Part shown: positions 1 through 9,804 of the stretch, one piece after another
How the letters are laid out: every line of letters begins with the position of its first letter
How positions within the stretch are numbered: the first letter of the stretch is position 1
NCBI GenBank assembly: GCA_022647615.1
Contig: JALCKZ010000001.1
Span: forward strand, 110,178-174,177
From: Bacteroidales bacterium
GTDB taxonomy: Bacteria > Bacteroidota > Bacteroidia > Bacteroidales > UBA932
Direction: 5' to 3'
Length of the DNA: 64,000 nucleotides
Position numbers and translations under genes: made by a program
The notes under the pieces: generated by a model
Seen by the model: only the letters and a program-made list of their open reading frames with translations
Told to the model about the DNA's origin: nothing
Database searches by the model: none

Positions 1-109
1 ATGTGGAGCACATCATGAAAAAAGCCACAGAGGGAATGAAAGAACTCTGGGAAGTTCTAAAGGGATAATTGCGGTTTAAATATGCCAGATTTCTTTGCAA
101 ATTTAAAAT

Positions 110-1291
110 ATGATTTTAAATTTGCATAAAAATCAGGCTATGATAAAGAGAATACTGGAGAAAAAAATAAAGGAGATGGCGGGAAAATATCCCGTTGTTA
201 CGCTCACAGGGCCAAGACAATCTGGCAAATCTACCTTGGTAAAGGATGCCTTCAAAAAGTACAAATATGTCTCTTTAGAGGATATAGACATGCGGGATTT
301 TGCAAGAAGAGATCCACGCGGTTTTCTTTCGGAATTCAGTGACAAAACTATATTAGATGAAGTACAGCGTGTCCCGGATATTATCTCTTACATTCAGACC
401 CACACTGATACAAAGAATAAGGAGGGAATGTATATCCTGACAGGTTCTCAAAATTTTATTTTATCTGAAAAAATTTCTCAGTCTCTCGCGGGAAGAACAT
501 CAATCTTAAAATTGCTCCCATTCTCTTCCAAAGAGATGAGTGATGGTGGCATTGTTTTTAAAAACATTGATGATGAAATATTTACCGGCTCATATCCAAG
601 AATATTTGATAAGAAAATCGCGCCAAGGGATTACTATCGTGATTATATTGAATCTTATGTAGAAAAAGATGTTAGAACACTGATAAACGTTGGAGACATA
701 GATAAGTTCAGGCGCTTTATAGGATTGTGCGCCGGGAGGATAGGACAACTTTTGAATATGTCTTCTTTAGCAAATGAAACAGGCGTTACCGTTCCAACCG
801 TTCAATCATGGATATCAATATTAGAAGCGAGCTACATTATTTATCTTTTAAGACCTGATTTTGGCAATCATTCTAAACGACTTGTTAAAACTCCAAAGTT
901 ATATTTCTTTGATACTGGCATAGCGTGCTCATTGCTTGAGATTAATTCCCCTACACAAATAAAAAATCACTATCTGAGAGGTTCATTATTTGAGAATATG
1001 GTAATCAACAACTTTATAAAAAGCGATTATAATAAGGGTTTGAGGCCTGCGCTTTCCTTTTGGAGAGATAGCACAGGCAATGAAGTTGATTTGATTGTTA
1101 ACCGTTCAGGAAAAAAATTAGCAGTTGAAATAAAATCCGGAGCCACCATTTCAGCAGAATTTTTTAAAGGACTGGATTATTGGGGAAAGCTATACAAAGC
1201 TCCTGTCTCCCAAAGAATGCTTGTGTACGGAGGAGACACATCCTTAAATACTTCAAATGGTAAAATTGTTGCCTGGAAAGATTTATTCTAA
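110..1291 (+). CDS. COG1373-type AAA+ ATPase (AAA_14-like N-terminus, DUF4143-like nuclease-fold C-terminus)
   Basis: 393-aa ORF. Walker A GPRQSGKST near the N-terminus and Walker B-like ILDEVQ. The C-terminal EVDLIV...AVEIKSG resembles a PD-(D/E)xK motif. Confidence 0.8.
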   Translation: MILNLHKNQAMIKRILEKKIKEMAGKYPVVTLTGPRQSGKSTLVKDAFKKYKYVSLEDIDMRDFARRDPRGFLSEFSDKTILDEVQRVPDIISYIQTHTDTKNKEGMYILTGSQNFILSEKISQSLAGRTSILKLLPFSSKEMSDGGIVFKNIDDEIFTGSYPRIFDKKIAPRDYYRDYIESYVEKDVRTLINVGDIDKFRRFIGLCAGRIGQLLNMSSLANETGVTVPTVQSWISILEASYIIYLLRPDFGNHSKRLVKTPKLYFFDTGIACSLLEINSPTQIKNHYLRGSLFENMVINNFIKSDYNKGLRPALSFWRDSTGNEVDLIVNRSGKKLAVEIKSGATISAEFFKGLDYWGKLYKAPVSQRMLVYGGDTSLNTSNGKIVAWKDLF

Positions 1292-1299
1292 TAATTTTA

Positions 1300-1635
1300 C
1301 TATTTCCGCACGTAGTGCGGAATCACATCCGGCAGTACCATAGAGATTTCTACAAGGCCGCCAACAACTCCGTCCTTCTTCCAGGCGGTTTGGTAAATCA
1401 TTTTTTTAACACCCTCTTTTTCAATAGTGTACGTATTGCTGCCGCCGGTAGCCAGCATCTCTTTAATTTTCTCTATAGATTTTGGGTTATGGCAACCCAT
1501 CAGGTTTTTGCCAACCATATCTCCGTGCTTTGCAAAAGTCTCTTTTGACTTTTTATTCATAAAAAGAATTACGCCCTCCGTGTCACAAACAGTAACGGCA
1601 CAATTCATTTCTTCTGCCCATTCATACATATCCAA
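1300..1635 (-). CDS. Small stand-alone PAS-domain protein
   Basis: 111-aa ORF convergent with the ATPase. Length and pattern (VTVCDTEGVILFMNKKS...GKNLMGCH...) are typical of a single PAS fold. Confidence 0.55.
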   Translation of the reverse strand: MDMYEWAEEMNCAVTVCDTEGVILFMNKKSKETFAKHGDMVGKNLMGCHNPKSIEKIKEMLATGGSNTYTIEKEGVKKMIYQTAWKKDGVVGGLVEISMVLPDVIPHYVRK

Positions 1636-1698
1636 TTAGATTTAAATTGTCTCTACTACAAATTTACTAACTTTGGACATTAACACATTATAATTGCT

Positions 1699-3036
1699 AT
1701 GAAAAAACTTTGGATATTAGGCATCGCCCTTCTCTTTGCTGCGTTTGTTGTTGCGTGTTCAGATAAAGATAACTTATCACCTCAAATATACGTTCCGGAG
1801 AATTCCCTTAAGGTAGATTCATCCAAAGTGGAGGATGCTTATGATGTAATCGCCAATCAGAGCGTACAATATTTTTTGAATCAGTCAAAATCTTCAGTCT
1901 CAGCAGAATATCCGATGAGAATGTCTGATGTTTTCAATCCTCAATTTATCACTATGAGCGATTCAACAAGAAATAAGCTTTTCTATTTGATTATTAGATC
2001 TCTTAAAACCGCCTTGTATGCATCTAGGGAAAATGGCTGCAATACTTTTTCTTCATACTTTGTAAAGTTCAACAGCATTGGTGTTGACGGAAAGAAGATT
2101 GTGCTGTCGGGAAAATTAATGGTGCCTCCAAAAAATGTTACTCTCAAAGGAATTATTCTTGTGAGCCATTATACTGTTACAGATGATGCAGAATGTCCGT
2201 CAAAAGGGTATCAGCTGGAGAATTTACTTGCCGGCCTGGGCTATGCGTTATCTTTTAGCGATTATATTGGTTTTGGCTATGCCCGTCTCCTGCCGCAAAC
2301 ATTTTTGGCAGAGAGCATTTCGGCGCAGTCCAATGTAGATATGGGGCTTGCTTCTTATAATTTTTTAAAAGAGCAGGGATATACTTTCAAAAATTCTACA
2401 AATGACGTGTGGCTGACGGGGTATTCCCAAGGAGGGGCGATAGCGCTTGCTACACAGAAACTTATAGAGGAAAAATATGCCGATAAATTTAATATAAAGA
2501 AAACTTTGTGCGGAGGCGGACCGTATGATATGGAGGAGACATACAAGGCTGTTTGTTCCGGAGAAACTTCCTCTCTGCCGCCGTCGCTTGCACCGCTTGT
2601 GCTGCTTGGAATGGATTATGGATATTCATTGCATCTAGATTTTTCTAAATTCTTCAAGGGAGATATGTTAAAAAAATATAAGGAGCTGTACTTCTCCAAA
2701 TTATATACTACAACTGATATTTCAGCCGCTTTGAAAGGTGCCAAAATAACGGACGTTTTTACTGCAGACGCGCTAAATTATGACAGCAAAATAATGAAAG
2801 GTCTATCTAAATATATTAAGATGAGTTCTTTATGCGACTGGTCTCCTAAGGCTCCAATATGGATGTATCACAGCACAAAGGATGACTATATTCCTTTTAC
2901 AAATGCCGAGAATGCAATTGCCGGCTTTAAGAGAAACAATTCAACGGCTACTATAGAGACCGACTTTGGAGATCACGGCAGCCATGTTGCAAGCGGCGTA
3001 CGGTACTACATGAAGTTGATTGATTTGCTAAAGTAA
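1699..3036 (+). CDS. Lipoprotein, alpha/beta-hydrolase (secretory-lipase-like)
   Basis: Signal peptide with lipobox (FVVAC). Nucleophile elbow GYSQGG. Late D and H residues (KDDYIPF, GDHGSH) are consistent with a catalytic triad. Confidence 0.65.
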   Translation: MKKLWILGIALLFAAFVVACSDKDNLSPQIYVPENSLKVDSSKVEDAYDVIANQSVQYFLNQSKSSVSAEYPMRMSDVFNPQFITMSDSTRNKLFYLIIRSLKTALYASRENGCNTFSSYFVKFNSIGVDGKKIVLSGKLMVPPKNVTLKGIILVSHYTVTDDAECPSKGYQLENLLAGLGYALSFSDYIGFGYARLLPQTFLAESISAQSNVDMGLASYNFLKEQGYTFKNSTNDVWLTGYSQGGAIALATQKLIEEKYADKFNIKKTLCGGGPYDMEETYKAVCSGETSSLPPSLAPLVLLGMDYGYSLHLDFSKFFKGDMLKKYKELYFSKLYTTTDISAALKGAKITDVFTADALNYDSKIMKGLSKYIKMSSLCDWSPKAPIWMYHSTKDDYIPFTNAENAIAGFKRNNSTATIETDFGDHGSHVASGVRYYMKLIDLLK

Positions 3037-3048
3037 CATCTTTGGAAA

Positions 3049-5142
3049 TCAATATTCCAGCAAAGTAACAACTCCATCCATTGTGCTGACCAGCAGCTGA
3101 TTCCGTCCAATTGGCAGAATGTAATTAATTAGCGCTCCCGCAACGTGGCGCTCCCATGCAATTGAACCGTCCTCAATGTTAAGAGCATAGATATTCCCTT
3201 TATCCGTGGGGATAAAAGCAATGCCCTCATTATTTTTTCCGTTCCCGACAGAACATGTTACAGGGGTAGGGGCTATCTCATATCCGTAATCGGTTATTGT
3301 CTGCCACTTTACGGGGATGCCTGTTTTTTCTTGCTGCATTTGCGGGTTGCTGGTAGACATCTCCCCGGTCTTGTATGCGCGGACAGTATCTTTCATGTTT
3401 TTAATGAAATAATATTTTCCGTCAGGTGAAAGTCCTATTGACTCGCGGCCGCCGTAGCTTTTTGCAAAGAGCTCACCTGTCTTTGCATCTATCTGGTAAT
3501 TAATTCTTTCTGGAGTAACAAAAATAATCTTGCCCTCTGATTTCACAGGCCATACTTCTGCTGGAGATAGCATCATGCTGGATTTTTTTGTTGACCAAAT
3601 CCATTGAGTTTTGCCGTTCTTTGGATTGAAAGAGTAAAGGTTTGTTGCCCAGTCTCCAATCACAACCTGCTCATTGTCAACGTAAGGGCGAGCCTCCATA
3701 AATCCTTTCACTTCATTGTTTTCCCAAATTAACTTGCCGCTCTTCAAATTAAGCGCGCGCATAGAGCCGTCTGATGCTCCTATGTAAACTCTTCCGTTGT
3801 AGATATTTGCAGTGCCAAGGACTGACTTCCTGCATTTGAATTTCCAAATCAGCTTGCCAGTCTTTGCTTTTAGCGCATATATGTAATTGTCTGTACTTCC
3901 GATAACTACAATGCCTTCCTCTTTGCCGCCGCTAAGATTTGCAACAGCCGGGGAAGAGAATATTTTTCCTTCCGTTCTGTAGCTCCATAGTTTTGAGCCT
4001 GTTACGGCATTCAATCCGTAAATATATCCCGCCTCATCTGCATAGATTACAATATCTCCGCTCTTAACTTTATTGCTCACGGCAGGCAATGTGTTTGCCC
4101 CCTCATTTGGCTGAACCGGTGCTTCCCCCGGTCTCCATATTGCTGCGGCGCAGCCAATGTCCGCGGAATTTTCCACTCTCCATAACTCTTTGATTTGCGG
4201 GTATCTGGAGTTCATCGTATTTTGAGGATGCTCATATTTTATCTCCTTATTGTAGGGAACGCCGTTGCTCATTCTAATTGTAAACCATGGATTGCGCACA
4301 CTTTTGCCGACAATTTTGTCGCTAAATGTAACCGTTGCACCATCCACATTTACAATTACATATCCAATGTCTCCTTTTTTGGTTGCAAGGGTTGAACGGA
4401 CTATTGCACCCGGGATTCCCTCATAATCCATTGCATTATCTGTATGCCAGTGACCGTTAATTGAGAACTGAATATTTTTCTTTTTTAGCAGATTTAAAAC
4501 TTCATCATATTTAAGCAATGAGCTATCCAGCGGATAATGATTAACAAATACAAATGGCTGATTACCAGGTAATGCATTGATGCATGAGTCCAGCCACAAC
4601 ATGCTCTCTCTTGGAATCAGAGCCGGAGCCATTCTCACATTTGGTCCGCACTGAGTTCCCAAAAATTTAATTCCGCCCGCATCAAATGAAAATCTTTCAT
4701 ATCCAAAAGCCTTTGCAAATGAGTTAGTTCCGCTCTCGGACCAGGTGGCGTCATGATTGCCCGCAACAATAAACCATGGCTTGTTCAGTTTGTCAAAAAT
4801 ATTTTTTGCGCATGCAAGTTCATCGTCCGCGCCAAAGTTTGCAATATCGCCTGATATTATAACAAATTGAATATCATTGTTTTTGTTAATATCTTCCACG
4901 CACGCTGCAGTTCCCTCAACACTTGGGGTGCCAATTGATATGTGAACGTCCGACATTACCGCAAACTTTAGAGTACCGTCTTTTTTTGCAGGAATCACAG
5001 CTCCCATGCATGCGCCGTTTTTAACGCGCGCGCCAACCTCCTCATTAACTTTCTGTGCAAAAGATAATTGCGCGCTCGCGACCATTAGCATGCTTATGCA
5101 CATCAGCAATGTCGCAGCGATGATTAAAATCCTTCTCATCAC
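3049..5142 (-). CDS. Secreted calcineurin-like metallophosphoesterase fused to a PQQ-like beta-propeller
   Basis: N-terminal signal peptide. Metallophosphoesterase motifs DVHIS, GDIANFG, GNHD, GHWH. The C-terminal half has repeated G..LW/G..IW propeller blades. Confidence 0.75.
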   Translation of the reverse strand: MMRRILIIAATLLMCISMLMVASAQLSFAQKVNEEVGARVKNGACMGAVIPAKKDGTLKFAVMSDVHISIGTPSVEGTAACVEDINKNNDIQFVIISGDIANFGADDELACAKNIFDKLNKPWFIVAGNHDATWSESGTNSFAKAFGYERFSFDAGGIKFLGTQCGPNVRMAPALIPRESMLWLDSCINALPGNQPFVFVNHYPLDSSLLKYDEVLNLLKKKNIQFSINGHWHTDNAMDYEGIPGAIVRSTLATKKGDIGYVIVNVDGATVTFSDKIVGKSVRNPWFTIRMSNGVPYNKEIKYEHPQNTMNSRYPQIKELWRVENSADIGCAAAIWRPGEAPVQPNEGANTLPAVSNKVKSGDIVIYADEAGYIYGLNAVTGSKLWSYRTEGKIFSSPAVANLSGGKEEGIVVIGSTDNYIYALKAKTGKLIWKFKCRKSVLGTANIYNGRVYIGASDGSMRALNLKSGKLIWENNEVKGFMEARPYVDNEQVVIGDWATNLYSFNPKNGKTQWIWSTKKSSMMLSPAEVWPVKSEGKIIFVTPERINYQIDAKTGELFAKSYGGRESIGLSPDGKYYFIKNMKDTVRAYKTGEMSTSNPQMQQEKTGIPVKWQTITDYGYEIAPTPVTCSVGNGKNNEGIAFIPTDKGNIYALNIEDGSIAWERHVAGALINYILPIGRNQLLVSTMDGVVTLLEY

Positions 5143-5155
5143 TTCAAAATTAGAA

Positions 5156-5935
5156 TTAGATTACCTCAATATCGCTGGTCTCAATCCAGCCCTGGCGGCC
5201 GTCTTTGATTTGAATGCGGTCCCAGCCCTCTGCTTTCTCCAAGATTTTTAGTTTGGTCCCCTGATGAAGGACAAAGATGCTATTTCCTGTTGTATTTGGG
5301 GCGCTCTTTACATTGCCAATGTTGTTCATTACAATGGCTGAGTCTGAGCTGTTTGCACGGACCGCCAAATTAACGGCAAACAAAAATGATATAACTGTAA
5401 AGAAAAACACGCAGCAGGAGATTATAAAATAAATTTTCTTTGCACGTCTTCTACCAACAAATTTGAATGCAAGCAAAAACAGCAAAGTTACTCCAATCAG
5501 AACCAATGCCAATGTTGCCCATCCGTTGGAAGACAATGAATTGCGGACATTCTTTATCCAAGTCACAAATATAAAATCAGGAACCTCCTCTATCTTATCC
5601 AAAGTCTGGGCACCTGCAAACTGCAAATTAATTCTTGCATCTGAATTTGCAGGATCCACTTTCAACGTCCTTTCATAATAAAGAATTGCCTTGCCGTTCT
5701 CCTTCAATCTGTAGTATGCATTGCCCATGTTGTAGTACAACGCAGCGGAGACAAGTCCTTGCTTTTCTATCTTGGAATAACACTCAATGGCATTGTTAAA
5801 CTCGCCCATGGAGTATGCCTCATTTCCCTTGGCCCACAATGAATTAACATCTTCATTAGCTTTTGCGGCAAAAGAAGCTGTCGCGATAAAAATAAAACTT
5901 AGTATGAAGCAAAATGTTGTAAATAATTTTTTCAT
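5156..5935 (-). CDS. batE: BatE-like protein (TPR repeats, TM segments, C-terminal SH3b domain)
   Basis: Last position in the Bat operon. Signal peptide, TPR-like YYNMGNAYYRL, two TM helices, and an SH3b-like tail (GWDRIQIKDGRQGWI). Confidence 0.75.
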   Translation of the reverse strand: MKKLFTTFCFILSFIFIATASFAAKANEDVNSLWAKGNEAYSMGEFNNAIECYSKIEKQGLVSAALYYNMGNAYYRLKENGKAILYYERTLKVDPANSDARINLQFAGAQTLDKIEEVPDFIFVTWIKNVRNSLSSNGWATLALVLIGVTLLFLLAFKFVGRRRAKKIYFIISCCVFFFTVISFLFAVNLAVRANSSDSAIVMNNIGNVKSAPNTTGNSIFVLHQGTKLKILEKAEGWDRIQIKDGRQGWIETSDIEVI

Positions 5936-5952
5936 TTTTTTCCTCCCGACAG

Positions 5953-7836
5953 TTACTTTAATTTGTTCTCCAAATCTGAAATTATCTTTACGCCGTTCTC
6001 ATACTGAGCGTCCATTGCGCCGGCCGCACCTTCCGGAGAATAGCGCACCATCTCGCAATCATCCAGCAACTTCATGAAGCCGGTAATTTCATCCTCTCCA
6101 ACCTGCTTCTCCTTTAATGTAGATTCAATCGTATCTCTCTGCATATCAGCAAATTGTATAGAAAGTTTATCACTGATATACCCAAGCAGCGCCTTATGAA
6201 GCTCCTCATAAAATTCCTGAACTTTATTCTGTCCAAGATAAGTTTGCGCAAGTTTTAATCTGCTCTTTGCAACCTTGTTAGCTCTCTTATTCTTGCTTCT
6301 CAAAATATCTCCGTTGATTGCAACCAGATTCTTCAAATACCTGTACAATCCGTAGAATGCCCCAAGAATTAAAACCAGAATTAAGTAAAACAGCCAGCTT
6401 CCGATAAGAGAACTTCCCTTCTTTGCAAGCCGAGGAGAACCGTTTGCAATATAACGGATATCTTCTCCTATATTGCTTACTTGCTGCTGATTAGAAGCGG
6501 CGATATATGTACTGTTGCCGGCCGTGCCCTTGGTTACATTAACCTCTATCGGACCGGCATGAAGAGTTACATATCTGCGCTGGCTTATATCATAATATGA
6601 GTACTCAATTTGCGGAATTGTAAACTTCCCCTCGCTCCTTGGGATGAAAGGAAATTCAAATGTCTTTTTTCCGCTGGCACCTTCTGCTCCGTTTGTAAAA
6701 CTATTTGTTGTCTTAACGTCATACTTCTCAAAATCTGACGGAAGCGTTACGTTTGGCGCAGATATTAAATTAAGGTTTCCGCTGCCGGTAACATCAATTA
6801 TCAAAGAGGCTGCTTCATTGGATTTAATATCCTGGCGGGTAAGGCGGGCGCTCATTGCAAATTTTCCGACGCCGCCTCCGTAACTTGCGGGAGCATTGCC
6901 CGGAAGAGGTGACACAAAGATAGTTGCGCGTCCGGTGGTAACTTTCTTTTTAACAAGAGAATAAGCGTCATTATCAAAGAAATCGTCAAACATGCTCCTG
7001 CTTCTGCGTGGGCTGGATACAACCTGAACCTGACAAACAAGTTCAGCAGGATTGATGGTAAGTTTCCCTGTTTGCTGCGGAAGCAACATATATTTCCTTA
7101 AAACTGCGGAGGAATAAATCTGGTTACCTATCCTCTCTCTTGTAAAATTAATATTTTGAGGCGTCTCAATTTCCTGGCTCCAGAAGCCATTGAATACAGG
7201 GAATTTTATATCCTCAAAACCTGTAATATTAGAACGTGTATAAATTTTAAGAGTTGCTATAATTGGCTCACCCTTAACTACTTTTGTCTTGTTAAGATTA
7301 AGGCGCATGAACACGTCGGCTTTGCCGGAAGGGATTGGGGTTGAATAACCCTCATCATCATCAGCCTGCTGTCTTCCGCCGCCGCTGTATCCGCTTGATT
7401 GCCTTGCACTGCTCTGAGATGAGGCGCCGGCAACTATGCTGATATTTACCGGACGGGTAGAAAATGTCCTGCCGCCCACGTTTGCAGATGCAGAAGAAAT
7501 TCTTACGGTTCCGGAACTCCCCGCCTGCAAAACATAAGTGTATGTAACCTCATGAGAATCAGAACGTCTGCCATTGATAATCTGCATGGAACTATAGCTG
7601 GACTTGGAAGGTCCGGCCAAGACAGACGCACCGGAAATTGAAGGTGCCTGAAAACTATCTATATCTCCGTTTGCTGAAAAAGAAATTGTAAATTCTTCAT
7701 TCTGCCCAACTACTCTTGGAGCATTTACAACAAAACCCTGAGCAGCAGCCTTAACACTAGAAAAAGCTGTAACATAGAGTGTTGCGGCAAACACGGCAAC
7801 TATCGTGAAAAATATTTTTAAACTTCTCTTAAGCAT
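5953..7836 (-). CDS. batD: BatD (oxygen-tolerance protein)
   Basis: 627 aa with a signal peptide, a large extracytoplasmic region and a single late TM helix followed by a helical tail. Sits between the BatB/C and BatE homologues. Confidence 0.8.
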   Translation of the reverse strand: MLKRSLKIFFTIVAVFAATLYVTAFSSVKAAAQGFVVNAPRVVGQNEEFTISFSANGDIDSFQAPSISGASVLAGPSKSSYSSMQIINGRRSDSHEVTYTYVLQAGSSGTVRISSASANVGGRTFSTRPVNISIVAGASSQSSARQSSGYSGGGRQQADDDEGYSTPIPSGKADVFMRLNLNKTKVVKGEPIIATLKIYTRSNITGFEDIKFPVFNGFWSQEIETPQNINFTRERIGNQIYSSAVLRKYMLLPQQTGKLTINPAELVCQVQVVSSPRRSRSMFDDFFDNDAYSLVKKKVTTGRATIFVSPLPGNAPASYGGGVGKFAMSARLTRQDIKSNEAASLIIDVTGSGNLNLISAPNVTLPSDFEKYDVKTTNSFTNGAEGASGKKTFEFPFIPRSEGKFTIPQIEYSYYDISQRRYVTLHAGPIEVNVTKGTAGNSTYIAASNQQQVSNIGEDIRYIANGSPRLAKKGSSLIGSWLFYLILVLILGAFYGLYRYLKNLVAINGDILRSKNKRANKVAKSRLKLAQTYLGQNKVQEFYEELHKALLGYISDKLSIQFADMQRDTIESTLKEKQVGEDEITGFMKLLDDCEMVRYSPEGAAGAMDAQYENGVKIISDLENKLK

Positions 7837-7846
7837 ATTCAGCTTG

Positions 7847-7854
7847 CAAATTTA
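7847..7854 (-). promoter_or_regulatory. Candidate Bacteroidota -7 box (TAaaTTTG) upstream of batD
   Basis: Exact TAnnTTTG match on the minus strand, 10 nt upstream of the batD ATG, in the 61-nt batB/C-batD spacer. Confidence 0.35.
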
Positions 7855-7897
7855 TTAAATCTTACCCTTAATTACCTATTAAACAGATATCAAAATT

Positions 7898-9793
7898 CTA
7901 CCAGTTCTTCTCCTTCTGCCTGGACTTTGCTGCAGCCGCACGCGCCTTCTGCACTTTCTGCTGCGTCTGATTCTCCTTATCCTGAATGGCTTGCAGCATT
8001 TGCTGAGCATTCTGCTGGCTCATCTTTGGCTGCTGGCCGCCACCCTGAGGCTGCTGCTGCGGATTCTGCTTGTTCTGATTATTCTGGTTGTTTTGATTAT
8101 TCTGATTTTGGTTCTGGTTATTCTTGTTTTGATTGTTATTGTTCTGATTTTGATTTTGGTTATTGTTTCCCTGATTATTCTTGTTCTGATTATTTTGGTT
8201 CTGATTCTGATTCTGATTTTGGTTCTGATTGTTATTATTCTTGTCTTTATTGTCCTTATTGTTCTTGTTATTATCCTTGTTCTGATTCTGCTGATTCTGA
8301 GCCATCTTCTTGGCATAAGCATAGTTTGCCTTGGCCATCATATCGGAAGGATTCCTGACAAGAGATTGCTTGAACATTTCAGCCGCCTTGTCATACTGCT
8401 TCTGAGCCATATAGTTATTGCCGGCATTAAAGAAAAACTTTGACAAGTTATTTGGCTTGCCCATGTCTTTCTTAGTGTATTTTTTCTTCACGATAGTTTT
8501 GCCGCTGCCGTTCCAATTCATTTTGAACGGAATCTTGCTCACGGTATCTGCCGTAGCCTCAAACATCTTAGTGGCGTTATCAGCATCTTTCAATCTGTAC
8601 AGGGTATTTGCAAGATTAGCACGCCCCACAACAGACATGGAATCTCTTAGCAAACCTTTGCGGTATTCAACCTCCGCCTGTTTGAATTTGCTCTTTCCAA
8701 AATATCTGTTTCCGTTGCCGACCTGTTTTTTATCTCTCTGCGCAAAACCCTGAGTGCCAATCATTAAAAATAGCACCGCAAACATAAAAATTCTCTTTCC
8801 CAACTTTCTGTTTCCTATTAAAAATTCCAGCAGCAAAAACGCAAGAGCTATTGCAAGGAAGTACATAAACTGCTCATCATACTCCTCAAATGCAAGGGCT
8901 TTGTAACTCTGCTTGCTTAACTCTCTAATTTTATCAAGTATCACATCCAGACCAAACTCGGCATCTCCCGCCTTAACATACGCTCCATCACCCGCCTTTG
9001 CAATCTCCTGCAAACCAGTCTCGTCCAGCTTTGTGACAACAATATTTCCCTGCTTGTCCTTCATAAGTCCGCCGCCGGCCATCGGAATCGGCTGACCCTG
9101 AGGTGTTCCAACACCTATGCAATAAACTCTGATTCCCGCCTCGCGAGCAGACTGTGCGGCAGCAACTGCATCATCCTCATGGTTTTCACCGTCGGTGATC
9201 ACAATAATTGCCTTATTATCTTTGCCTGCCATTCCCTCTTCTGAAAAACTCTTTGCGCAAGTCTCAATGGCATCTCCAATTGCAGTTCCCTGAATTGGGA
9301 CAGATGACGTATTTATGCTGTTCAAAAAAGCGGTTGCGGAGACATAATCTGCTGTAATTGGGAGTTGTACAAAAGATTGTCCTGCAAATACAACCAGACC
9401 TATGCGGTCATTGTGAAGCCTATTTACAAGATGGGCAATATCCATCTTTGCCCTCTCCAAACGGTTTGGAGAATAATCACGAGCAAGCATGGAATTTGAG
9501 ACATCCAGCGCTATCATAATCTCTGAACCTTTATCATCGCTCTCCTTAAGCTTTGCTCCAATCTGAGGCCTTGCAAGACCCAGCATTAAAAACAGCCACG
9601 CCAAAGAGAAGCAGGTAAGTTTAACCCACCCTATAGACTTTGACCTCTCCGGCATCAATTTGTCTACCAGCTCCGGAGTTCCGAACTTTGCAATTCTCTT
9701 GTTTCTTCCTCTTCTGTAAAGTGCATAAAATAAGTAGAATAGAGGAATAACAAATATTAAAAACAAATATAACGGTTGTGCAAAATGTAACAT
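7898..9793 (-). CDS. batB: BatB-BatC fusion: VWA-domain membrane protein joined to a TPR protein with an N/Q-rich tail
   Basis: The N-terminal half is a TM + VWA domain (MIDAS-like DVSNSM, ITDGENH). After a TM helix, an internal signal-peptide-like MFAVLFLMIGTQGFAQ (codon near 8785) is followed by TPR-like repeats and a tail of about 90 aa of N/Q/K. No stop codon separates the two halves. Confidence 0.8.
   Translation of the reverse strand: MLHFAQPLYLFLIFVIPLFYLFYALYRRGRNKRIAKFGTPELVDKLMPERSKSIGWVKLTCFSLAWLFLMLGLARPQIGAKLKESDDKGSEIMIALDVSNSMLARDYSPNRLERAKMDIAHLVNRLHNDRIGLVVFAGQSFVQLPITADYVSATAFLNSINTSSVPIQGTAIGDAIETCAKSFSEEGMAGKDNKAIIVITDGENHEDDAVAAAQSAREAGIRVYCIGVGTPQGQPIPMAGGGLMKDKQGNIVVTKLDETGLQEIAKAGDGAYVKAGDAEFGLDVILDKIRELSKQSYKALAFEEYDEQFMYFLAIALAFLLLEFLIGNRKLGKRIFMFAVLFLMIGTQGFAQRDKKQVGNGNRYFGKSKFKQAEVEYRKGLLRDSMSVVGRANLANTLYRLKDADNATKMFEATADTVSKIPFKMNWNGSGKTIVKKKYTKKDMGKPNNLSKFFFNAGNNYMAQKQYDKAAEMFKQSLVRNPSDMMAKANYAYAKKMAQNQQNQNKDNNKNNKDNKDKNNNNQNQNQNQNQNQNNQNKNNQGNNNQNQNQNNNNQNKNNQNQNQNNQNNQNNQNKQNPQQQPQGGGQQPKMSQQNAQQMLQAIQDKENQTQQKVQKARAAAAKSRQKEKNW
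8002..8300 (-). repeat. Low-complexity AAC/CAG (N/Q) codon repeat tract inside batB/C
   Basis: The protein reads NQNQNQNQNQNNQNKNNQGNNNQNQNQNNNNQNKNNQNQNQNNQNNQNNQNKQ. The nucleotide sequence shows gattctgatt/ggttctgatt type microrepeats. Confidence 0.9.
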
Positions 9794-9804
9794 ATCTCCT
9801 CCTC

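Noticed and set aside
1-68. The tail of an upstream plus-strand ORF (frame 3: ...VEHIMKKATEGMKELWEVLKG, then stop).
   Set aside because: Only 21 codons are visible, which is too short to identify or even to confirm as coding.
7927-8443. Long ORFs on the plus strand (7927..8358, 7991..8443) and an alternative minus frame (8020..8322), overlapping the 3' part of batB/C.
   Set aside because: They are translations of the AAC/CAG codon-repeat tract in other frames or on the other strand (poly-S/D/C, poly-L/I/V, poly-R/T/I). They lack any start context, so they are low-complexity artefacts.
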